Source: Balanoglossus misakiensis (lineage: Eukaryota > Animalia > Hemichordata). Taken from it: DNA of 64,000 nucleotides. How positions within the stretch are numbered: position 1 is the stretch's first letter; each line of letters starts with the position of its first letter. The notes under the pieces are model-generated. The model did no database searches. It had not been told where the DNA came from and saw nothing but the letters and a program-made list of their open reading frames with translations. Shown here piece by piece: positions 39,605 to 55,324 of this stretch. The stretch is from assembly GCA_040954595.2 (NCBI GenBank), contig CM082593.2, positions 8,220,043 to 8,284,042 of the forward strand. Reading direction: 5' to 3'. Position numbers and translations under genes: made by a program.

Positions 39605-41940
39605 TCAAACTGAAAGATTATTCTATTGTCCTAGAATTATCTTTAGCTGTCTTCTGTTCTTATTTTTATAAAAATCAAAACTTTTTTTTCTGGTGTGATG
39701 CTCAACTTGATTAATGTATATGTGCAGTTAGTTTATCTAATGTAAAGTAATCAGCCAATAACATTCATTATAATAAAGAACGCCATTGTTCTTCTTTCAT
39801 GTGTGCATTGTTACATAGGCTTCTATTTGTCAAAACCTTATCACAGCACTATTCAAAACACATTTCGCAGGTGATGCAGTATCCTGGAATACGATAAAAA
39901 AAATGTTTATGGCCCCTTTCCTTCATGGATTATTGGATGTTGGTTCTTCAAATCAAGACCACCTGGTCACACCACTGTTGCACAATTACTTTAACATTTT
40001 CGTGCAGTCAGGTGAAATTGCTTCTGACCTTCAAAGTAAACTTAATAATATCAAATGCCTCCTCTTTGCTCTGTCACTTGCAAACAGAAAAATGGGTCTT
40101 TAAATATTTTTAGAACAAGTTGGCCTGCAGTAATGCTACCTGTAATCAATCATGCCTGGAGCAGTTTCTATTAACCCTGCAAATATAAATTAGAATGCAC
40201 CGTCAATCTCATACAATATATGATCTGCTATTTTTGTGATGAACTACACAATTAGATTGAGCGATCTTTTATAACTAGGGGCGATATGATTTCTAGGTTG
40301 GAAAGAATTGAAATTTCCTGTTTGGAATTGGATTATTCATTATGCACTGAAGAAAATACTGTAAAACATTTTGATTATAATTATAAAATATGATTTATTT
40401 GCTATCAGAGTTTGGTTTCTGATGTCATCGTCAGAAAAATTCTTACTCTAAAAATAAAAGTATTATTTCGCGTTTACTTCATTTTCCTCATAAAGAAATT
40501 TTACCCATTGTTGAACCTGTTACCTAAATCAATTTTGAGTTCTCCTTAGTGAATTTTCAGCCATGCCACAAATATCATAAAATTTTACTTTTCTAGTTTT
40601 AATGGTTCGAATTTTTTTTCAGCTATTCTGGAAAACCCACTTTCTGCAGGTTTATTACATCAAAATGTAAATGCTCTACATGACTGTGTACATTATGATG
40701 GAATATGTTTTCAAAATGTTTAACCAAACATACAAAGCTCCTGTGAAAAACTCAATTTCCTATTCCAGTCTTTACATTTAGCCTTTTGAGCTGTCATGTG
40801 ATATACATGTGACATGAGGTAAAACCAATTGGAAGATTACATATATCCTTCAAGGTGATTTAGTAGTTTCTTGTATTGACAAATTCAATTGGCTGTTGGT
40901 TTCTGTAACAGGTATTGACCTCATGTGAGGTACAGGCAATGAATGTGGTTGTAATATAGCAATAATTCCAAGCCAAGAAAGTGAATTCCTTAGAGAATGC
41001 CAGTTATATATGATAGTTCATGTCTCATAGTGAAAACGCATAAATTTTATCGTGACCTGTTGACCTGTAGTAATCTAAATTACTTTCATGCAGATTATCG
41101 CCCATCAAATTAGCATTCTCTGACCTTAGTTGTCATTGGTTACCAAGCCACTGAATTTCATGATTATATAGATCTGCTGAAGACATTACAAACTGAAACA
41201 GTGGCAAACATATTCCTTGCTTGTCACACTGGAACACAGTGTAAAGTCTATTGATAATAGCATTCTTATTTCTTTATTATCAACATTTCATATTATATTT
41301 GACACAATAGAATTTTAGTCAGTCATTTGACAGTGACATGTTCAAATATATGATATTACATCTTTCATTCCATGAGATTTACTGTAACGAACAACTCAAA
41401 TTATACATTGTTTATTGCAGAAATTATTCTTGTTTTGTTTCACCAGCCACATGAACATAGTCTACTCTAGACTTGTCATATTGTTGCTTGGCCTATCAAA
41501 TCACTCTTAACATAGTTCATTTCCTGATCGAAGCTCAAAAGTCTAGCAAGAAGTAATTCAAGGCGAAGCAATGAAGTCGACCAAGACTAGAGGGGAAAAC
41601 GACAATTTGTATTCACCAACTTGTCTCTAAGCCTTCTTTTACTGGGGTCACATCAACGGCTAAAGTCACACTGGCTTTCAATCTAATCTTGGTGTGATCA
41701 GTTTCAATATTGATCTGGCAGACAGCCATGTATTTTTTTTGTCAACTCCCCCGTTCCTATTGGCTGCTAAATAAGGTCATTACACAAAATATCATGATAT
41801 ATATGTGGCAATATTTGAGGTAAAGTAGTCTAAGTCAGTCACCACAGCGCTGCATTGCTGCCACGCAGTTCTGACTGCAGCTTCTTATTTGTGAAATAAA
41901 ACCTCATCTGCAATGCTTGTCCCTGACATTCATCATTTAA

Positions 41941-42261
41941 AGGCCAACAATCGTCTTATGCGCATGTGCGTAATTTCGTGTGTACAAACATTACATCCAA
42001 TTCAAATGTTTGGCAAATTTTGACGCATGCAAATAGTGGGCTGCCTTTACTTCCTACATGTCATGCACACCGTATAAGTAGATTTTAATTTTGTCCCTTC
42101 TTTTCATCCAATTTGCTGTCTTTTCCCGATCTCCGACACGTCGCCGCCATCTTGTCTGTTGTTAAAATAGGACAGCACACTTCTTTATGACATTGACTGT
42201 ATACAATCTTTTGTAACCAGAGTCCCTGGTTTGGTATATGCGCATAAGACAATCATCACCT
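41941..42261. mobile_element. Kolobok-like MITE (single copy in window)
   Basis: ttaa|agg..gtcttatgcgcat ... atgcgcataagac..cct|ttaa. Confidence 0.7.
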
Positions 42262-45200
42262 TTAATTCAGACTCTTCACCTATAACATAAGATAAATTTC
42301 ATATTTCGTTTGATTGCATGATTCTACAGCCATTTATCATCAACTTTATTCTGAATGACTAACAATTATGTATCAAACAAAAAAAATTTACAGTCCAGTT
42401 CAACAGCCCATGTACTGACGGAACAAGTCCATTATATGGAATTAATCGAGAAAACATGAAAAAATGTATACATAATGTCTGTCTTCAGACTTTTGCAAAA
42501 ACTGCATAGTTTCCATAAGATCAGCCAGGTTTAAATGGTTGAACTTTCTCTGAGCCACTGTATAAATCTTTTATACTTTCCTCTAATAAGCTTGCAATCC
42601 TTTTAGGAAAATCCCATCGACGCACATCAATCTTTGGATTAGAAAAGGAATCACTGATTGGTGCACAGAATAAGAATTGATGTTTCAATCTGATTAGACT
42701 TTGGTAACGGCTCGGCTGGCAGACTTGTTGAATTGAGTGGGAGTTTCCAGACTGGCTTTCCAAAAATGAAGAAATCTCAGAGCGTAATTTGAACATTATG
42801 ACACAGACCAATAAAAATACTCTGTGATTTGTACAGGATGTTTACGACCCCTTCAGAGTTCATATTGCAGTTTATCACCAGTACATTGAAAATACAATAA
42901 ATTTTTTGGGGTGGAATTCACCAAACACTTCAAACAAGGTTATAAATTTTATGGTGATTTACACAATCAAAATAGGGTCCATTTATTTTACAGTACTGGT
43001 ACTTCAGATAATTTTAGAACCATGTTTCAAACTTCACCATTTCCAGAAAAACACTCTGATGATGTGTATTTATGCCTTTGACCTTGACAGGTGCTACAGA
43101 CATTTGTATTTCTTGCTCTAATGCCTAATACATGTATACATGTACGGTGAACTGTAATGCAAAGTACTGACTTATCAACACAGCCCATGTCTAATATTCT
43201 TTTGTACTGCTGTTGTTGAAAAAACAAAATTTCAAGCTACGCTGTCGTCTGGTCTGATACAAGACCAACACAAATACAAATCATCATATCATTGTTGAAG
43301 ATTGTATGATTACTTTGTTTAAAACCCTAACGCTGCCAAGTCAGTTGAAACTGGTTTGATTTCCAGAGTGCCTAGAATCCTGGCACCCAGGCCTGTTTAG
43401 GCTGCCAAGTGTGTGTTAATCAGTAGGGCCTATACAAGAGCCTCAGACCAATACAGTGCAAACCAGTACGATTTGGTACATTTTACAGGGGGCTCTGACT
43501 GCCAAGTGTGTCTAAGTACGTATGAGAGCCATGTCAAGACAGTCAAAATACTTTTAAGAAGAAAAATGGCACATACGTACTTTAAGGGACTTGACACTCT
43601 AAACAGGTACGACACCCATTAAAACAGCCACATGTTTGACATTTGCCAGATTTGATGGTTAATTGCTGTCATACACATATAACCTACTTCCCAATGACGA
43701 GCTCAACAGGTTATTGCAGGACAATTCCTGCTGTGTGCTTCCTCATTGCAGAAAGGTGATACTATTTTTTCTTTTAGTCAGCTCAGCTGAGAGTATTGTT
43801 TGAGTTTGACCCTTAAAAATCACAACCAAAGGTTTCTGAATGGTTTTCTGTAGTATCAAATATCCTTAATAACATATTAAAAGTCAATAAAATTCACATG
43901 ACCGGAAAGGTGTATAATTTTTAAGGTGATGCCCAAGATGGCCGCCGCCTAATTTTCTATATTCTAGAATATTGACATTTTCCTGTTTTTAAAATATATT
44001 GTATATCATTGAATTATTAATTAAAAAAATAGAAACTGGGTGTTCCCATCCAACTATTTTTTCTAAAAGATGGTCTATTAACCTTGTGGACAATGCTGAG
44101 TCAGCACTTTTCTTGCATCCGTCATGCTATATAGTTTTCCTATGGTGAAAATATCTGAACAGCTATCACAAAATGAATTATGGTGATATATTACGTTCAC
44201 TGTTATTTGTATCATTAATAAAGCTTCAAAAAGAAAATGACAATATTACAACACAAAGTATCTATTTTTAATAATTTGTATTTGGACATATACATGTATG
44301 CTTTCACAGAAATTTCTAATTTCTGTAAAACGCACTGGTAATCATTTTCCTTCCTGCTGATATTACCATAATGCAAGAGTGTCCATGTCTCTGGTGCCTA
44401 GAACAAATTCACATCATCACCTGATAGTGTCATGTTATTCTAGACACCAGAAATACATTTGTTTGGTAATTCTTCACTCCAAAATATGCTCATTTTCAGG
44501 AACATACATGTACCTGGATTCTGATTATTTTGTGATTACTTCCTAGGCCATGCCCTCTTAGTGACCCTTTGATTTTTTGTCAAGCTCTTTCTACATGACA
44601 ATGAGTAGGAGTTTTACATGTAGTAGCCATCAGCTACAATACATACATACAAATTCATCATCTGGTAGAGTTAACTCATAACTGTATGAATATTTTCTAT
44701 CTCTCACGCTTGCTTTTGTTAGCTCCCCTTTTTCATTTTCTGCCACCCGCATATTTTAAATTTTTTACCTATCACCGTGAATAGAGTGGGTAAGGACACC
44801 TTGGGGCATTTAGTATTTATATTCAGAATGTTTGACAAGATTTCAAAGAAGGACCAGTGATTTTACAGCCATTATCTGTACTTAAATTAATGATGTTTTT
44901 TCTCACTATGATATCCATGAACATTTATATAAAAATATGTTGCATTATTCTTTTTAAAAAAAATGACCCCAAAAAGCATGATATTGTCAGGAACTCCGGG
45001 TTGCATGGAAATCACACGGAAGATTTTTAATATCACAGATATTAAAGAGCCAAGTTGTACAGTTCCAAAAATTACCAAATGCTATGGACATGACAAGATG
45101 TATCTTTCTGCACAGTTTCAGTTTTCTAATTTTCCGAAATCCATCAAATCAAGCACACATACACTAATATATGACAACTGTTCTATGACGTAAATTTGTT

Positions 45201-48200
45201 TACATTTCTTTCCTTTTTATTTGGCTTTAAACTGACTCCCTTTCTTTTATTCAATATATATACATGTATATATATAGATAAACAAAAAACTTAATGTGAA
45301 GAGGTTCAGAAAGGGTACATGCATGATGCTGATGCATGATTCTCCAGAAATGATGTCACACATTAGGACAGAAATGCTGCTCCATTAATAATAATTGGAG
45401 ATGTATTCTCCAGGCAACATGCAAATGATTGTCTGGACATAGCCTATCTGGTATAGTCTGCAATTGATCAACTTTACACAACAAAATAAAAGTTCAACGC
45501 ATATTTTACATCATCTTGAATTACTGCAAATTATTATAAGAGTGCTTCCATCTCAATGATTGAGGTAAGCTGAAAATAGAATTTAAGAGCTCTTCCAATC
45601 CAGACCTGGTGTGATTCTACATTTGTAATAATCTAAAGCGTGCTGGAGATTACTAATCCAAAAACATTATGTCAAAGAAGAAATTGGTCATCTCACCGCT
45701 AGAAGTAGAATTCAAGTTCAATCAATGAGAAAAGTATTCCAGCAGATTGAGTGTTTTAAGCCTTTTAACCAGAATGTTGATAAATTCTTCTCTGAGACAA
45801 TCTCAATGACATTCCATGAAATATACACAACTGTACATATATTACTATCTTAGTATCTAGCATCCATTTCCTTACTCTTTTCATATAATTATATCACTAT
45901 CTATGAATTCAGCTAGAGTCAGTCAGACTATTTTCCATATATTGGAATAAGGAGTTAACATTTTTCAGTTTACTTTGGATAATTTTTAAGACAGCTTATC
46001 AAGAGATAATAGGGACTCAAAATCAACATTTTAATGATACTAACTCTAAAAATCACATAATATGAAAAGTTTATAAAAATCCAGTAATACATATGATGTA
46101 TGTGGTAATGATTTTAGATGACAATGTCCAAAATTACCAAGACATGATCTTTTGTATCAATCCAATCAAAGTATAAGATTTCAAAATGAGGACAGGTCAC
46201 TTTTCATTGCTCTGAAATTCCACATATGGTGACAAAATTGTCCAGAAAAACTATATTCCAAATATTTGAAATTAAAATAATATTTTCAGTTTCTTTGTAC
46301 CCAATTGTAATTGTTCACAAAATAATCCTCGTACCTTCCTCTTTTCTGTATTACCTAAATATGAACAATACAACCTGTACATACAGGTGTTCAATATTTT
46401 CTTTAACCTTACACTGTAAGACACTGCTGCTGATACACACAACAGCTAGGGTTTTTTTTGCTCAAACAGTCAATTTACAAGTACCAATATTCCTTTGGGG
46501 AAAAGATTGCTTGCAACCTGGGCACACAAGCGACCTTGCTATTTCATTTATGTTACCATTGTTACATGCCATTCAAACGTTTCAACAATCTCTCCACACC
46601 CACAAAATGGGGACCTTTTATTTCTGATAATACAAATTTGCTGCAAGTCCCTCGTGGTGTCTGTGCTAAACAAAAGAAACATACGAAAGAATCTAGTCGC
46701 CTCTGAAAGGTTGAACAACTCCCCAGATTCCATAATTATTACACGCTCCCAAGTGGCATCAATATCACAGTGACCTCTGACCTCAAAAGTAATAGCGCGT
46801 TATTGTGTTATTCCAACCAGTTATAGAATTCAATGCAGGCAATGTGCATGTAAATTAAGTCCATAGGGAATCCCGACATTCACAATAGTTGGCACCTTTC
46901 GAAGGATGATTCACAAAAAACAATTTCCCTCACACAAATCCTTCTGAAGGGGTTTTCAACATTCTTTGGGCACAGATTTTTGCAGGGAGTTTTTGATAAG
47001 TGATTTTGAATAGTTTGTTTTGGAAATCCATTAAAATGTTATCAAAGAAAAAGAAGTGTCTTTCAGTTGGAAGCACCTACATGTAATAAAAGACCTGTCA
47101 GAAAATGTGCTTTAACTTGCATATATCTAAACAGCACTGTCTGCCCTTGGCAGGAATCAAAAATTGATCAATTGGAAAAATTAATTTTGAGTATTTTATG
47201 ACATACATCTTTCTTATTGAAACAGAGGTCTTATTATCATTTTTTTATTCTAAAAGCTATAATCATATCTGAATTTATACTGAAAATGTTGGTAAATGAA
47301 CTTGACAATAACATTAGAACTAAACTACAAATCACGTTACACTAACAGTGTTTCTTTATATTTTTAAAATTTCACCTTTTTAGCAGTGCAGCTAAACTTA
47401 AAAAAAATATTTAGTTTGGTTTTGAAATGTCTTTTTTAGTATATTTACTGTTTATATACATGACTGTATACCACAAGTGGAAAGCGATAATTCATACATG
47501 CACAAAATGTCTCCATGCCAACTCCAATACATTTTAAAGCAAGATTGAAAACTCACAAAATTTGCATGGTAGGAATAAGGAAAAGGTTGTCCTTGAACGA
47601 ATCAGGAGACTTCAATGAGTAGGGTGTATCAAGTACCATAGCAACAATAACATAGCAACAATAACAATAACACAATCAACTGTGTACCAGAATAACACAA
47701 AATTAGTTTGAAAATTCTCTTTATTGATCTTTCAATACTACTGAGTACTGAGACTGTATATTACTTTACAAATTTACCAGATATTTGATTCCTTCATGAA
47801 CTTGGTCCAAAACTTGATTTCTCTTGTTACACCTTTAATCAGAATTTAATTATAGTGTGACACATTTAATTTTATACTGACAAAAATAACCATTTCTTGA
47901 ACTATAAATGCCTTTTGACCCTAAAATATTCTGAAAATGCTCTCTTCTGGTTGAAATGTCCTTTTCATCGCCATGGTAACTCATGTGTATGACTAATTTA
48001 CCAGGCTCTCATAAAGTCTCAGTCATTATAAAACAGAGATAGTAACTCACCCAGAATACTGGGCTGACTCTAATGGATTCTATTATATTCTTGATGCATT
48101 AAATTGACTAGAATTGAGTTCGACATTGCACCTATCACTTTCCTGCCAATCAGAGAGTGAGACCAGAATCAAATTTTAATACTCAAATACTGAATTACAT

Positions 48201-49210
48201 GAGGCTAGATATGGTTAGCAACAAGAAATACTCAGAATAGAATGTCATTTCCCAGAAAGATGAATACACATAAATGATATAAAAACCGCACTTAATGTTA
48301 CTTTCTTGCGTTATTTGATCATCTGCTCTTTTCTATTCCTTTCTGCAGTTCATTATGTTGCCATGGTAACCAAGCATAAATTTCTTTTCAATAACACACT
48401 GCAGTGACCTATTACTCTTGGCATACAATGTACATTAGACATATTATAGCAGACATAATCTATAAATATTGGTAGATTTATCTGTGGTACAGTCAAGGTG
48501 ATGGTCTTGAAAGCGTACAGTCACACTACAGCCAAGTATTCTTGGTTACCCAGACTCCTCTGCTTCTTCCATTGCCCTCCAGAAAGAGGGTCTGGGGAAA
48601 TACCAAAGAAAAATCTCCGGGCAAAGATGGCCGACTCAAGGCAAAAGCGATGCATGATGGTCGACATTTATGACATTTGATATTATAAGACGATATTACA
48701 AAAATATTTATCAAATTTCTCTCTCTCTCTCTTCGATTTGTAGACAGTTTCAGCAGGTCCACGCTGCCATATCGCATATGACCATTAGAAGGCATAACTA
48801 GGCCAATGTAACACGTTCACAAACTAAGTCGCTCCAACGCCAACACAGCATGTCCACATTGGTTATTTTACACCGGCCCAGGCCCAGCACTGGTGCTACA
48901 CCACCGTAAACTGTCCAGTATGAACCCTCTTTGTAACCACCATACAAGGTGTATATATTACATAACTGTCAAAAGTTGAAGGAAGTGGGTAGCTTACAAT
49001 CAGTTGAAATGTTTGTTTTAGGTTTCAAGCCGATTAGAGGTGTTGGAATCTGCTTAATCCAGTCTACAGACAGACACATAAATAGAACCTTCACCTGAAG
49101 TAACATTTTGTAAAAAAAAAGTCATTATTAATGACATAGTCTTCACTGGATCAGTGAGTTCAGGAAAACAGCCTAAAAATTACACGAATTACAGGAAATC
49201 CATGGCTTAA

Positions 49211-49431
49211 AGGGACAAAGACACTTTTGATACAAGACACTGTTTATGTTATTCTATATGTGGATATATAGTGAATCAACGTTCAACCACATACAACTTC
49301 AATCCCACTTGTAGACTCGCGAGTGAAAAATCTTGCCAAAATGAATAATCGTTGTTTACCATTTATTTATTTTAGAGAGATTTTTACTCTCATATCTTAC
49401 AAACGGGCAGCAAGAGAGAGACTTTGTCCCT
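49211..49431 (+). mobile_element. MITE family G, internally deleted copy
   Basis: Same TIRs and TTAA TSD; aligns with 19725-19905, lacking most of one arm. Confidence 0.85.
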
Positions 49432-50095
49432 TTAATTGCATTTATTTTTTTATTCTGAGAGAACAAGTCCCACCAACTACCTCATACTCCGGAAAGATTT
49501 ATTCTGAATCCTTAAACTGAAGCTAAGTGGTACAAGGAAGGTAAATGGTCTCAAATGATTGGGTGCAACTTCTGGGTTCACACTGCAGTCACAAGTGCCA
49601 TATTAGCCTGACGACTCAAATTTGCACAAGTTTGCGACTGAGACAGAATCAGACTATATGAAGGTGAAACACTACCTGGTACACAAGATTGGAAAGTGTA
49701 CAGGTGGTACCAAAATGGCTGATATGTGTCTACTCTTTGCATTGTACTTTGAAAAGTAGTGCTACACTGATTGGTCAGAATACTCTTTGGTCGGTAGGTG
49801 TGTGCCCTACATACACGGGCCGTCCGATAGTAACGATTTATGTTTTGTTTTCATGTCAGATCTCCTAGTCAGCTATAATCTAAATAAGTATATGTTAAGA
49901 AGTAGACTGTTCATTGAGTTGTTATCAAGGGGTTGGACACAGGCAAGTGGGATCAACAGTTGGCTGAATAGAATTGCCTGAGGCTCTGAAACAAATTCTA
50001 AAGCCATTGAATCAATCTGTCTGTTCTACTGCCCTCGTCATAATTTCAGGTTTTAGTCAAGCCCCCATAATCACTAAATATCTCAGGTTGTTTAA

Positions 50096-50502
50096 AGGGA
50101 AGGGGTTGTCGTGCCGCGTGGGTGTCCCCCTTGATGAGAATATGTCCTCCCATACCAGCGCAAACCCCACTGCAGTCACCATGACCTACTACAGGATCTT
50201 CAGTTGCTGTCATGCCCAGTTTACGCTACGGTTGGCTGCTTTGTTCATTCTAAGAATGATCTAATTTCAGGGATTTGTGGATGAATTGTAATGTTTATAA
50301 ACAAACAAATAAATAAACAAACAAACACATCTTTAAAACATTGTCTTAAAACCCATCTTTTTAGGAAGTGTTATTAGTAAATATCTGTGATGTTTACTTG
50401 TATTTTTATTTCTTTTTTTCATATTTGCAGTGTGAATAGCATTGAGACGTAGATTCTCTAGTGGCCACTAACATTTTTTCATTAACAAACTCACAAACAG
50501 AA
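50096..50502 (+). mobile_element. Kolobok-like MITE family C, long form, 3'-truncated
   Basis: Aligns to 10292-10688 including the extra internal segment; right TIR absent. Confidence 0.85.
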
Positions 50503-52447
50503 ACAAATCAGAAACTGGACAAAATTTGTCTCAACAAAATTACATACATGCAGAATTTTTAAATCACAAGATAAAATCTCATTAGTATAAGAGTGGGGTT
50601 CAAATTAGACAGGTTTTGTTGTATCTATGTAGGTTTTGCTGTCAACAGCTTTTAACTGCCAACAGTAGAGTTACATGTATGGGAATATGGAACAATGGCA
50701 GACACCATAGGTAAATGAAAATGTCAATAAATGTGGATGCATTTACAGGCATATCACACTGAAATTGGGAACAAATTCCAAGTTGATTTACAGCATTGGG
50801 ATGACATTGTGAAATATACCAGACCTACTGGCAGCTACATGTACATGTATAGTACATGTAAGTTAGGCACTGACTTCAAATACTAATGTAGTATGTACAT
50901 GTGTACATATGTACCCATGGACCACAGACCAATCTAAATCCCTAGAATAAGAAATACCTTCACTATTGTCCAAATCAGTGTCTGATTTTATATAGAAAGG
51001 TTTCACAAAATGTCAGTACCAACCAACTTAACAAATCTCCACAAAACACGATGGACCTTATTTTCAAAATTACAAAACTGCGAGAAAAAAAACAAACATA
51101 AAACCACAATGCCAAGGAGTGAGATGATTAATTACCTACAGGGGAAAATCTTGGCCCAAGGACCATATAATCTGTTCTGTATCCAGGGTGGTCAATGCAA
51201 GAAGGTCAGTAATGTGACTGTTCTATTATTCACTATTATTACATCTTCACAAATTTATGTTCAGCACATAATCCCCATGCAAACACATTGTTATATACAA
51301 TGTACATAAAACATTTCAAATACACTTGAAGTAAAGCCAAAACATTCCACCACTACATTACCTGGGGGATTTCGCCAAGTATTTTTATTTCTTGTTTTTG
51401 ACAAACCTTTTTTTACATTTCACTGAAAAACTGTTCCAGTTTTCTAAAATGTCAGCATACAGTATTCATAAACTCAAGCTGGCAGCCCAACACTTGAAAA
51501 ACTACGTGTAAGTAACAACATTAAAGTTTTAGGAGTTGTCATTGAATGGTGCTTGCAACTCTTTATTCATTTGAATTGGTCTGTCATGACAGTTGACACA
51601 ATTCACTATTTACCCTGATTCACTATTTACAATGCAAACAAGGTCTGAGTGTCAAACTGGTTTCTAAACAGGTCTGGCCACTTCTTTTTTCCCCCATGAA
51701 AACAGCTTTATCTTTTAATAACACTCATTATACTGTCCATTATTATAACATTCACTATTCTGCAAATCTTCAGCTGTTGCGAAATTAGAGATCATGATTT
51801 TGATTGCGATTACTGGGCAAGGATTGATTTTCAATAAACAAACAAATAAACGGCACAATTTTGATATATCTCAAAATCAATCTGAGCAAAAAAAGATCTG
51901 ACACAATATTCACCAGAAGATGCAGTGGCAATTCCATAATAGAGACAACATTGTTCTTAATAATAATATCAGCTTACATTTACATCTATTCAAATTACTC
52001 CTGAAATTACTGGTGCCAGCTTGCTAATAGTGCATTGAATATATGCAAGGCTTGAATGGCACACACACATCATTTGATAAGATTTCCAGCTTGATAGCAG
52101 TTGTCGTTCTCGTCATCTCAAACAGCAATTAGGTCACCATAGCAACAGGTAACTTGGGTGTCTCTTGATATGACATGCTGCAACATATCTGTGCACTCTA
52201 GAATGACCCTACCTCAATAAACTTGAAAATATGAGTCTAAGTGTGAACTTCTTTGACCTCTATTTGCAAGTTAATACCAACTGACAAAACTTCATTTGAA
52301 CTGTTTTACCAGAAACGGGTATTATTTGTAATTTTTGACAACTTTTAATATTTGTTTATGTACCAAATATATTTTCTTATTTTAAATTTTTTTTACTTCA
52401 AGCAACATGCTAGATACATATATACGTACATCTGTACAATGCATGAA

Positions 52448-52453
52448 CGTATG

Positions 52454-52483
<30 letters not shown>
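52448..52483. repeat. (gtat)n microsatellite
   Basis: Direct reading. Confidence 0.95.
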
Positions 52484-52487
<4 letters not shown>

Positions 52488-52969
52488 TGAACAGTGGTAA
52501 TTACAGAGCTACATGTATACTTGTTTTGACCACCAGATAGAGTTATCAACGGTGCCACAAGCAAGCAATTTCATAACAGCCTTAATACTGCATTCTCTCA
52601 GATTGTTGCATGGCCCTGCTGTGCTGTACAAATCAAGAAGTATGCAATTTAATCCCAGAATACCCTAGATGCAGAATTTAGATGCTAAACACTTATCTGG
52701 GGTGCATTAGATATCAATTTTGTAAAATGACTGTGGCACGAGTTATTTTTAGAAATAAATCATTTAAATGTCGTTCTGGAATTCAGGTTTTGTAATCTTT
52801 TTGACTGCAACACATTCAACTTCCAGTTTTTGTGTCACGTTTTTTTTTTACAAAAACATCAATTAAAATTTTTACATGTAGATATTTAAACACTGGTAAA
52901 ATTAAAAATACAAATATACAAGTAAAACCACAGAGAGTGACCAACATTTTAAATAGAATCACTGAAAAC

Positions 52970-53098
52970 TATTGTGGTATGCATTGCCAAGAGATGACAA
53001 ACTGATGCAAATACAAATGGTGAGGATTATAAAGGATAGGGAAGAAGATTTGAAGTATTTTATTGTGGAAAATAAATATTTGGCAGCACATAGGCCCT
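52970..53098 (+). mobile_element. MITE family F, 3' fragment
   Basis: gccaagagatgacaaactgatgcaaat..tttggcagc matches 16276-16406. Confidence 0.75.
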
Positions 53099-55324
53099 TT
53101 AATGCCACACTACTGTGATTGGAAGAGTTTGACCTCGGGTCAAATCAGGCTGAGGTCAAGGACTCCGTGGTTGGATTATTCAGTAGCCACACAATAACTT
53201 GCGTCCAATGTAAATACAAAATTCTTGACTTAGCAGATATCAGATATGGGCCTCCTACATGTACTGTTGTGTACTCAGCCATGACTGTATGGGTTTTTAA
53301 ACCTCATTACAGCCACTGCAACGGTATGGACAGCTAATTACTAAGATGATTTATACCTCAAGATAAAAAAGTACAAATAGGAACTTTAACTTTAGAATTT
53401 ACACTACAGAAATATTTCTGAACTGATTGGTAGAATGATATCAAGGCTCTGACATGGGAATAAATATCACCCAAAATGTAGTAGGAATATGTACCTATTT
53501 ATTCGCCATTGAAATTTCATTTCCAAAAAATTGGAGTACCTTTTGCTTCATTTACAGCATTTTTGGTACTGTGTAAACCAGAATTTCTTGCCCACCATAG
53601 AAAAATAACCTTTAGCCTATAATTTGATTATATAGACAGATTTGACCAGAGAAATTCAATGATCACAGTCTGTGATTTGCCTAATTACCACAACAGACAG
53701 TGAAAATTATCGAACAATAACATACCTGAACGTTGTTATACAATTATAATTGAATAACTAAGGTATAATTGGCAACAATATTAAACAGTATGGTGATCTA
53801 AGAACACTCAATATGCATGATTATGGGGCATTTCAATATTCTCTTTAGAATTCAGAGGAGAAAAAGTTTTGAAAAAGGACTCTAATTCCCCAAACCAACA
53901 ATCCCAGTATAGCATGCAGTTACCCATGGAAAACTACCATTATATGCAATTCCAGCCAAATAACTTTTCCAGATAACCGCAATAATTGACAGCAAATAAT
54001 CACAGAAATAATCACCACGAAATGATTAATTACACAAATACCCCCCCCCCCCCCTCCGGTAATGCACCCAACATTTCTACTAAATGACTGATACGTACAA
54101 CTCATCCATACGACTGAAACTATAGAAAGCTACATGTGTAGAGTATCCAATTTGTAAAAATGTGATCATTATTTTTTGTTTACATTTATATTATATTTAT
54201 ATATATAATGATGTAACTGACAACTAAATGCGTTGAACTGTTCAGCAAAGTTTTTTATCAATGAAGTAAACAAAAAAGAGAGTTAAACCTATCACTATCA
54301 TAGTTGTTGGTATAAATTTACATGTATTTGCTTTATTGTTTAAAATATTCTTAAGTGTGACACTGAACAGTACAGAACACATTTATTATCAATTCTGATG
54401 AAACATATCAATACTTTTCACACTAAAATAACTGTCTACATATTGTCTGTCTTTGTTTATATTATTCCACAAAACTCTCCATACATGTTTATTTATTTGT
54501 TTATTATTTGTTTGTGTTTGTTTATTCATTATGACACGTTGAGTATACAAATGTAGGTGCAGACAAAATGCTTCAGCATTCCAGTCGTCATCCTTGCGAT
54601 CAACCTTGAACTACAGATATCAAATGCAAAATGTAATCTCCATAGAGAGCTCAGAAAATGAGATGCACACTGATAGATTCTGTACATAAATTGTTATTTA
54701 TGTCGTCGTGATTTGCAATCATAATCGCCTTTCTTTATTATAACTGCGCTATTTTTACATGTCGATGAAATGTTAGTGCAGAATGTTTTATTTAAAGGGG
54801 ACTTAGACTAAAACCTTAAAGACACAGCGAATAAAATTACTGTATCCATACCATGCCATCATCTTTATACAAATATCAAAACAGGTAGACGAAGATGTAC
54901 ACACCCATATGTACATATGGGGTCAAGAAAAAAATGTTGCAAAGATAAAAACTGCTAGCAATTTTTAATAACCTATTCTTGTTCAGGATCAAATTTGATT
55001 TAAATTGTATTTGTGGCCACCATCATAATATATAATAGCAGAGGTACCACTGAAACATGTCCATGTATGCATATCCCTCTTTACATCAAAGAGAAAGGGA
55101 AGCAGAGAGTGAGAGAGGTCATTACGGTTCACACGGTGGGTTATAATCACACAACCTAAATAATTTAACAATTGCCTACTATTATCATCCTATCAAACAT
55201 GAAGTGTTTACACACTGCAAATATAACATTCTCTAAAACATATATCCTGAAAGATAAATAAAATAGCAACTCATCAACCCAGCTGTTGTGATTATTTGAA
55301 TTTCGCATCAAATATACTTTATTA

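Noticed and set aside
42521-42811. 96 aa minus-strand ORF as a PKG exon
   Set aside because: No similarity to PKG CNB or kinase domains and no suitable donor seen.
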